From Chiloscyllium plagiosum (taxonomy: Eukaryota): DNA of 64,000 nucleotides. The stretch covers positions 40,788,984 through 40,852,983 of the forward strand of contig NC_057717.1 in the NCBI RefSeq assembly GCF_004010195.1. The letters run 5' to 3'. Of this stretch, positions 62,966 to 64,000 are shown piece after piece. The notes beneath the pieces were generated by a model that was not told the origin of the DNA, ran no database searches, and worked only from the letters and a program-made list of their open reading frames with translations. The translations under genes were made by a program, and so were the position numbers. The first letter of the stretch is position 1. Every line of letters starts with the position of its first letter.

Positions 62966-63357
62966 TGATTAATCCGCTGGAGCCATCAGTGTCGGTCCTC
63001 TTGCCACCAACAGAAGAAATCTCCGCTCAGAGGTTTCTCTCCCTCACCTGTTTAGTGAGAGGTTTCTCCCCCCGAGAGATCTTCGTCAAGTGGACAAACA
63101 ATGACAAGCCAGTGAATCCCAGTAACTACAAGAACACCGAGGTGATGGCGGAGAGCGACAACACCTTTTTCTTCATGTACAGCCTGTTATCCATTACAGC
63201 GGAGGAGTGGGTCAGCGGTGCCTCTTACTCCTGGGTGGTGGGACATGAAGCGAGTCCATTGAAGATCATCAACAGAACAGTCGATAAATCCAGCGGTAAA
63301 CCGAGTTTCGTAAACATTTCACTTGCACTGATGGACACTGTTAATTCATGTCAATAA
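62966..63357 (+). pseudogene. IGHM: IgM Cmu4 exon plus secretory tailpiece; second domain Cys->Trp
   Basis: [55 protein letters not shown]; internal TM donor G|GTAAA at 63296. Confidence 0.95.
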
Positions 63358-63358
63358 A
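63353..63358 (+). terminator. Candidate poly(A) signal AATAAA overlapping the secretory stop codon
   Basis: TGT CAA TAA AAA. Confidence 0.4.
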
Positions 63359-64000
63359 AATCTCAAAGTTGCATTTAATAATTCAACAGAAGCAATGAAG
63401 TGTTTTTTTTCCTCCAGTTGTGAGTTAAATACTGAATTAGTTGTTTCTCACTCTGACTTCCATTCCATCTGTGTAGTTAAAGTGGATTATTAACAGGTCT
63501 AGGACGAGTGTCTTGTGCAGTTAATGTTCTCTGCTCAGATACACACTGGGTCAGAGACAGAGTAAAGCTCACTCATTGCAGGATTCCGCCATGTACCTTA
63601 ACCATCCGAAATCCATCTGTGACAAAATCTGACAATGTTCATTTTATATCAAGGGTAGAGCATGAGTTTTGAACTTGGTGTTCTTGATTCCCCTGATTGA
63701 ACATTCTTACAAAATTCATGTCAGTTTTAAACTGCCACATTCCACCAATTGGAAATGTAAATTTAAGACATTTTAAAATTAAATTTGATTGCAACATACC
63801 AATCATTAAGAGCGCCGAGCAGTTTGAATGTAACCTTTGTTTCTGGGGAACTGCCAGGGATCTTGCGCCAGCGCATGAGTTGACAGGATGTATCTTCACT
63901 TTCACACCAAAGAGAATCGATAGATAAGTTGTCATGGAACAGAGGGGAGGGGAACGATGAATGGTCTGTCCTCTTGCTCCCTGTGCAGAGTTTTCATGGT

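Noticed and set aside
41186-63357. IgNAR, IgW or TCR identity
   Set aside because: Four C domains including CH1, typical shark mu sequences, a mu tailpiece and a conventional VH with FR2/CDR2

Overview
Eukaryotic (cartilaginous fish, shark-type) genomic DNA, repeat-rich, with three assembly gaps (14534-15033, 45656-46639, 61629-61661). The main locus is one shark-type IgM heavy-chain cluster on the + strand: leader 41009-41057, VH 41186-41495, D 41864-41878, JH 42264-42311, Cmu1-Cmu4 plus secretory tail 56260-63357. TM exons are not seen and may lie beyond the window. The cluster looks like a decaying pseudogene: frameshifts in Cmu2 and Cmu3, lost core Trp/Cys residues, and damaged RSSs. Only one free D is present, and the VH carries extra D-like bases and a 22-bp-spacer RSS, which suggests a germline-joined V-D1. 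A probable relic second JH lies about 1270 bp downstream of JH. The J-C intron contains a young, apparently full-length antisense CR1 LINE with a 106-bp monomer array in its 5' UTR. Upstream are an orphan first exon of a GPR139-like GPCR with a 14-aa glycosylated repeat, a C2H2 zinc-finger relic, two Gmr1-like Gypsy remnants, Penelope fragments, HE1-type SINEs and many CR1 fragments. All calls were made by eye; repeat boundaries are approximate and no database searches were run.
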